Shown one piece after another: positions 58,775 through 64,000 of a stretch of 64,000 bases of DNA. Numbering within the stretch: the first letter of the stretch is position 1; every line of letters begins with the position of its first letter. Source of the stretch: Thermodesulfobacteriota bacterium. GTDB lineage: Bacteria > Desulfobacterota > Desulfarculia > JACQYL01. Position numbers and translations under genes: made by a program. Location: positions 1 to 64,000 of the forward strand of contig CAXXLZ010000002.1 of assembly GCA_963675595.2 (NCBI GenBank). Reading direction: 5' to 3'. Below the pieces are notes generated by a model that saw only the letters and a list, made by a program, of their open reading frames with translations, was not told where the DNA came from and did no database searches.

Positions 58775-59302
58775 GGGTGTCGGCCCGGCTGTTCCCGGAG
58801 GTGCCGCAGAATTCGGGCGGCCGACCCGACTCTCCGAAGCCGAACGTTCCAGCCGGGTGAATGAACACGAACGAGCCTCCCCGAAAGGTCGGCAAGGAGG
58901 GTGAAAGGTTTCTCAGCAATTTGGAGCCGGAAGAATAATCGGGACCCGGGTGCCTTCCGGCCGCCCGGGTCCCGCGCGTGTGGAGGATGTCTCCGATAGC
59001 GGAGAGCATAGGAGTTGAATCCATCGTACTATTGTTTGGATGCGGCTTCCATCCAAGGGCTTCCACCCGGATGCCCAAACCGTTCCGTCGGTCGACGTTT
59101 TCCAAAGAGGCAATTAGCGTGCCATCCAGCAGACAATACTTGTTTACCGTAACTCGTTGATAATATAGAATTTTCATGATCGGCTGGATCGTCCGGCACA
59201 TCACAGGACGTGACGGATTCTCTTACAAACTGCAAAGAAAGGCGGCACCCGAGAAATGATCATCCACGTAGGCCGTGTGAGAACACGCGGTCACGGCATG
59301 GT

Positions 59303-59764
59303 TCAGTAGATGCCCGCCTCGCATCCGGCGGCCAGGGTCCCGCCGAGTTCGCGGCATGAGCGCAATGCGGCGGCGTCCACCTCGCCTCTGATGATGACCG
59401 GCTCGCACACTTTCTTGAGGCGGTATCCCTGAACGATTCTCTCAATGGAACGCAAGGCTCCGCTGCCATCGTTACCCGCGCTGATGAACACGACATAGGG
59501 CTTTCTGAAAATCTCCTTCTTCCCCTGGGCGTCGCTGTAGGTCCTATCGAAAAAATCCTTCACCATGCCCGCCATGAATCCGAAATACTCGGGGGAGCCT
59601 ATGGCCAGCCCGTCGCACTCCATCAGGTCTTCAAGCGTCGCCTTCTCCGCCTGTTTGAGCACCACCCGCACGTTCTCCACCAAACCCGCCCCCTCGGCCG
59701 CAGCCCTGGCCAGGGCGGCCGTATGCCCGTGCTGTGAATGATAGATGATCAGGATGCTACACAT
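59303..59764 (-). CDS. Flavodoxin/WrbA-like FMN protein
   Basis: YHSQHGHT phosphate loop, GSPEYFG, AGNDG. Confidence 0.9.
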   Translation of the reverse strand: MCSILIIYHSQHGHTAALARAAAEGAGLVENVRVVLKQAEKATLEDLMECDGLAIGSPEYFGFMAGMVKDFFDRTYSDAQGKKEIFRKPYVVFISAGNDGSGALRSIERIVQGYRLKKVCEPVIIRGEVDAAALRSCRELGGTLAAGCEAGIY

Positions 59765-59996
59765 TATGGCCCCCTTTGTTTGCTTGCGACGGTCGGCTTT
59801 TCGAAAGCAGCGGAACGCCGATATGAATCGGTCGGATGTTTGTCATTCAAATCCCCAACCCCCCGAGAAGCCGGTAGGAAGAGTATTTCGTGCACGACCG
59901 ATCCGAAGTCTTGTAAGTTGCGATCCGGCATGCCATATTCACACGCACTCATCCCTTTTTACCGCCCGTTCCGGGTCAGGAAGCTTCACAAGTCCG

Positions 59997-62519
59997 TTGT
60001 TCAAAGTCATACTTCGAATTCTCATCTGTTCGGCCCTGCTCGTGTCCCCCGCTTTGGGTTCGCCCATGGAAGACGGGGGGGAAGGCAACGTCGAGCCTCT
60101 TACGCTCTCACCCGCCGAGGCCCGCTACCGCTTGGGACGTTTTGCGGAGATACTGGAAGACCCGGAAAAGACCTGGAGCATCGACGAGGTCGCCTCTCCT
60201 CCCTTGTCCAACCGTTTCCGCCCCGTGGGCTCCGATGCAGTCAACGCCGGTGTCACCTCTTCCGCCCTTTGGATCCGTTTCACGCTCGTCGAACCGAAAA
60301 GGTCATACCCCTCCCGAGCCAAGTCCGTTCAGTGGATTCTCGACATCGGACGAACGCATTTCTACGAAGAGACTCTCTACGTGCGCGTTCCGGAGCCTCA
60401 AGAGGGATCAAGTCGTTGGACCGTGCTGAAATCGTGTGAATACGCGCCCTGCCGGGAAGGCGTGCGTCCCAGGCAACGCTATTTCGATCTACCGACCGAT
60501 ATGGAACAACCCACGACTTTCTTCCTGCGTGTCGAGGGATATAGTTCCGTCATGATCCCTCTGGAGGTATTGACCGAAAAAGCCTACCTGGAAAAATCCG
60601 GACATTGGATGTTCGCCTATGGTCTTTATTACGGCTTGATGGCGGCCATGATCCTATATAACCTCTCCGTCTTCCTCTATCTCAATGACCGGAACTACCT
60701 GTACTATATCCTTTACCAGGGGTTCGTGGTACTCTACTTTCTGACCCTCAACGATCTCACGGTCGAAAATCTTCTCCAATTCAGCGTGGAAAGCATTTCC
60801 CGGTTCTGTCTGTTCTGCTTGGCGGTCTCGCTGATTTGGGCCGCCCAGTTCTCTCGATCCTTTCTAATAACCAGGCGGAACGCCCCGTTTTGGGATCGAC
60901 TGCTGCTCGGCTTCATGGCCTTTGCAGGGCTCGTCGCCGTGCTCACTCCGTTCCATTCATACAAAGCTCTGCTGGACTACCTTAGCTTCATGGGCGGCAT
61001 CGCTCCATTCCTCACCATCGGAGCCGGCCGGAGGGCCTGGAAAAACGGGTTCCGCCCCGCCAGGTTCTTCTTGCTCGGCTGGGTGATGCTCTCCTTGGGG
61101 GCCGTGTTCTTCGTATTGAGCTTCAGAAATCTGCTGCCGTATACGCGTCTGGGGTTTCATTCCTTTCAAGTCGGGTCGGCACTGGAGGCTCTGTTGCTTT
61201 CCCTGGCCCTCGGCGATCGAGTGCGCACGTTGAGGTCCGCCAAAGAGAAGCTAGAACAAAGCACGGAGCGTTTGCGAACCATTATGGACTCGATACCAAG
61301 CGGCATATTCATTGTGGATATCGCCACGCATCGGATCGCGGAGGCCAATCTCGCCGCCGCAGAAATGGTGGGCTTGCCCAGGGACGATTTGTTGGGAACC
61401 GTTTGTACGGAGTTTCTGGGTCGGGCTGAGAGAGGGAAAAGTCCCGTCACCGACCTTCAGCTGACCTGCGACCAGTCCGAAAGAGAATTGGTCAATTCCC
61501 ATGGGGAGCGAATTCCCATTCTCAGGAACGCCGCAATCATTGAAGTCGAAGGCCGAAAAATGATCATCGAGAGCTTTGTGGACATTTCGGATAGAAAGAC
61601 CGCGGAGCTCAACCTCGAGCAGCATCTCAATCTGACCCAGGCCGCTTTGGACTCCACAGTGAACGCTTTGATCGTGCTGGACAAGCGTCAAAACGTCATT
61701 GCGATCAACCGGCGTTTTTTCGATATATGGGGTTTGCCCGACTCCTGGCCGACCATGCCCGACCCGGGCAAGCGGATCGAGCTTCTTTCGGTCCAGGTAA
61801 AACATCCTGAACGGTTCCTCCAAAGTGCCAACGAGCTTTTTGTTGATCTCGAACGCGAAGAGTGCGGCTGGATTGAGATGAATGACGGGCGTATGATTGA
61901 GTATTACGCACTTCCCTATCGTATGGCGAACCGGACCATCGGCAGGCTCTTCACCTATCTTGACATCACCGAACGAAAGAAGATGGAGACGGAGCTCAGG
62001 CGACTCGCCGTCACCGATTCTCTAACGGGGATTTTTAATCGTCGCCATTTCATGACCTTGGCTCACCGTGAATTTCTCAGATCACGCAGGTATCGATCAC
62101 GCTTTTCCATTCTTCTCCTCGACATCGACCACTTCAAGAACATCAACGATACCTATGGGCATTCCGCCGGTGACGAGCTTCTCAGACGAATGGCTCAGGA
62201 AGTACGTAACACGCTTCGCGGAGCCGATATTTTTGGAAGACTGGGAGGTGAGGAATTCGCGATCATACTTCCTGAAACCAACAGCGGCCGGGCCATGGAA
62301 GCGGCCGAAAGACTTCGCGCCCTCCTATCCCAAGTGAGAATAGATGCGGTATCGGGACCGGTAGGAGCAACGGTAAGCATCGGCGTGGCAAGCAACAGGG
62401 ACGAGGACGATTCCCTTGAAAGCATTTTGAGGCGAGCGGATCAGGCCATGTACCAGGCCAAAGCCTCCGGCCGAGATCGAGTGGAGTCCGCCGATCCCGT
62501 CGATTCCATGTCGAGCTGA
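59997..62519 (+). CDS. 7TM-DISM receptor - PAS - PAS - GGDEF diguanylate cyclase
   Basis: Periplasmic DISMED2-like domain (ALWIRF); 7 TM helices ending EALLLSLALGDR; two PAS-like domains; RGAD I-site; GGEEF. Start uncertain (ORF extends to 59745). Confidence 0.9.
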   Translation: MFKVILRILICSALLVSPALGSPMEDGGEGNVEPLTLSPAEARYRLGRFAEILEDPEKTWSIDEVASPPLSNRFRPVGSDAVNAGVTSSALWIRFTLVEPKRSYPSRAKSVQWILDIGRTHFYEETLYVRVPEPQEGSSRWTVLKSCEYAPCREGVRPRQRYFDLPTDMEQPTTFFLRVEGYSSVMIPLEVLTEKAYLEKSGHWMFAYGLYYGLMAAMILYNLSVFLYLNDRNYLYYILYQGFVVLYFLTLNDLTVENLLQFSVESISRFCLFCLAVSLIWAAQFSRSFLITRRNAPFWDRLLLGFMAFAGLVAVLTPFHSYKALLDYLSFMGGIAPFLTIGAGRRAWKNGFRPARFFLLGWVMLSLGAVFFVLSFRNLLPYTRLGFHSFQVGSALEALLLSLALGDRVRTLRSAKEKLEQSTERLRTIMDSIPSGIFIVDIATHRIAEANLAAAEMVGLPRDDLLGTVCTEFLGRAERGKSPVTDLQLTCDQSERELVNSHGERIPILRNAAIIEVEGRKMIIESFVDISDRKTAELNLEQHLNLTQAALDSTVNALIVLDKRQNVIAINRRFFDIWGLPDSWPTMPDPGKRIELLSVQVKHPERFLQSANELFVDLEREECGWIEMNDGRMIEYYALPYRMANRTIGRLFTYLDITERKKMETELRRLAVTDSLTGIFNRRHFMTLAHREFLRSRRYRSRFSILLLDIDHFKNINDTYGHSAGDELLRRMAQEVRNTLRGADIFGRLGGEEFAIILPETNSGRAMEAAERLRALLSQVRIDAVSGPVGATVSIGVASNRDEDDSLESILRRADQAMYQAKASGRDRVESADPVDSMSS

Positions 62520-62871
62520 GGGAATACCGGTTCATCGTCAAGTTCTGAGAAACGTATTGATGCCTTTCCCCGTATCGGCTCCCGCAGGCACAGTTTGCGT
62601 GCTCCCGACTATTTACGGGCTTTTTCGCGCCCCGCCCGCTTCCACCTCGTTCCCATCCACCATCGGCGAGGTGAGCCTCCGCGGACGGCCCGCCGCATTC
62701 CGTCTCACTGGAAAGCAATCAAACAACCTGGTGAATCGTCGGACGTCGCAGCCACGGAACGAGAGTCATTTGCCGGCCGCCGTTTTATCCGTTAGACTAT
62801 CTATAGAGTAAGAGGAACCGGTTACTGTAGCCGCCGGCATGTCGCTCACTATTCCACGGAAAGGACACCTC

Positions 62872-63291
62872 ATGAAGAGCTATCGCAAAGAGCTGTGGTT
62901 TGACGTACCCACCCGAACGGCCTTCGTACATATCACTCGCACTGTGGAGGAGTGCGTCCGGGAAAGCGGCATCAGAGAAGGTTTGGTACTGGTGAACGCC
63001 ATGCACATTACGTCATCCGTGTTCATCAACGACAACGAATCCGGACTTCACAAAGACTACGAGCATTGGTTGGAAAAGCTGGCGCCGCACGAGCCCATCT
63101 CCAACTATCAGCACAACCTCACCGGGGAAGATAACGGAGACGCCCACCTGAAACGGCAGATTATGGGACGTGAAGTGGTGGTGGCCCTCACCGAAGGCGA
63201 ACTCGACTTGGGCACTTGGGAACGCATCTTTTACGGCGAGTTCGACGGGCTCAGAAAGAAAAGAGTTCTGGTCAAAATCATAGGAGAATAG
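62872..63291 (+). CDS. yjbQ: YjbQ (UPF0047) protein
   Basis: [28 protein letters not shown]. Confidence 0.93.
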   Translation: MKSYRKELWFDVPTRTAFVHITRTVEECVRESGIREGLVLVNAMHITSSVFINDNESGLHKDYEHWLEKLAPHEPISNYQHNLTGEDNGDAHLKRQIMGREVVVALTEGELDLGTWERIFYGEFDGLRKKRVLVKIIGE

Positions 63292-63372
63292 CTCCGACGC
63301 ACCCCGGGCCGTTCACTGAAATGCCGGGTTATGCGATCCTTTCGCGAATCCTCAAATCATGGGAGAACATTT

Positions 63373-64000
63373 ATGCTGGTAGTGGAGGACCTTCAGGTCC
63401 AACTTGGAGAAACGGTTATTCTCCAACACATTGATCTCGAAATCAGGCCCGGCGAGACCCACATCCTTTTCGGTCCCAATGGATCGGGAAAGACTTCGCT
63501 CCTGATGACCATCATGGGATATCCGCAATACAAGGTCACCGGAGGGAAGATATTCTTCAAAGGCGTCGACATCACGCACGCACCCATCTACGAACGGGCC
63601 CGAATGGGCATCGGCATGTCCTATCAGCGCCCCCCTACGATCCACGGGCTGAAAACCAGACAGATGGTCAACCTGTGTGCCGGAACCACTTCCGATGTTG
63701 ATTCTCTTGCGGAACGGGTCAACTTTGAAAACTTCCTCGACCGCGACGTTAACGCCGGGTTTTCCGGCGGAGAGATCAAACGCTCCGAACTCCTGCAATT
63801 GCTGGCACAGAATCCGGACCTCATGCTTTTTGACGAACCGGAGTCCGGAGTGGACATGGAGAACATCGCTCTGGTGGGTCAGACCATTGCCGAACTTCTT
63901 CAGAAGAGTCTGAATCCGAGCCCGGATAAATCCATAGCGCAAATGAAAAACGACCGGACCAAAATGGGACTGATCATCACGCATACCGGATACATTCTGG
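63373..64000 (+). CDS. sufC: SufC-like Fe-S assembly ABC ATPase, truncated by the window edge
   Basis: Manual translation: GPNGSGKT, ERARMGI, NAGFSGGEIKRSE, DEPESGVD, ITHTG. Confidence 0.9.
   Translation, partial: MLVVEDLQVQLGETVILQHIDLEIRPGETHILFGPNGSGKTSLLMTIMGYPQYKVTGGKIFFKGVDITHAPIYERARMGIGMSYQRPPTIHGLKTRQMVNLCAGTTSDVDSLAERVNFENFLDRDVNAGFSGGEIKRSELLQLLAQNPDLMLFDEPESGVDMENIALVGQTIAELLQKSLNPSPDKSIAQMKNDRTKMGLIITHTGYIL

Overview
GC-rich bacterial chromosome segment. The gene set (selenocysteine formate dehydrogenase, rubrerythrin, sirC-ccsA-hemA, LarC, C-GCAxxG-C-C protein, archaeal-type aroA'/aroB') suggests an anaerobic Desulfobacterota-like organism (inference). In order, the window holds: an AT-richer cassette of small membrane proteins and a degenerate CPBP; an IS4 element whose transposase is interrupted by a second IS; a Phe/Tyr leader-peptide attenuator ahead of aroA'-aroB'; a variant arginine succinyltransferase (AST) operon; a Sec-FDH with a GltD/NuoF-like partner; modE-modABC; csp and phoU; GGDEF/HDOD genes; two tRNA-Ser genes followed by a small island (large pentapeptide-repeat protein, IS3, HicBA-like pair, duplicated membrane ORF); heme genes and tatA; a pseudo-receiver/TPR/pseudokinase fusion divergent from lon; a CsgG-like gene with larC-cinA-thpR; a PKD-repeat surface protein; rbr, mdh and a LUD protein; a 7TM-DISM diguanylate cyclase; yjbQ and a partial sufC. 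Many intergenic spaces carry a modular family of mutually nested miniature elements with covarying palindromes. All calls come from reading motifs by eye; no database searches were run.
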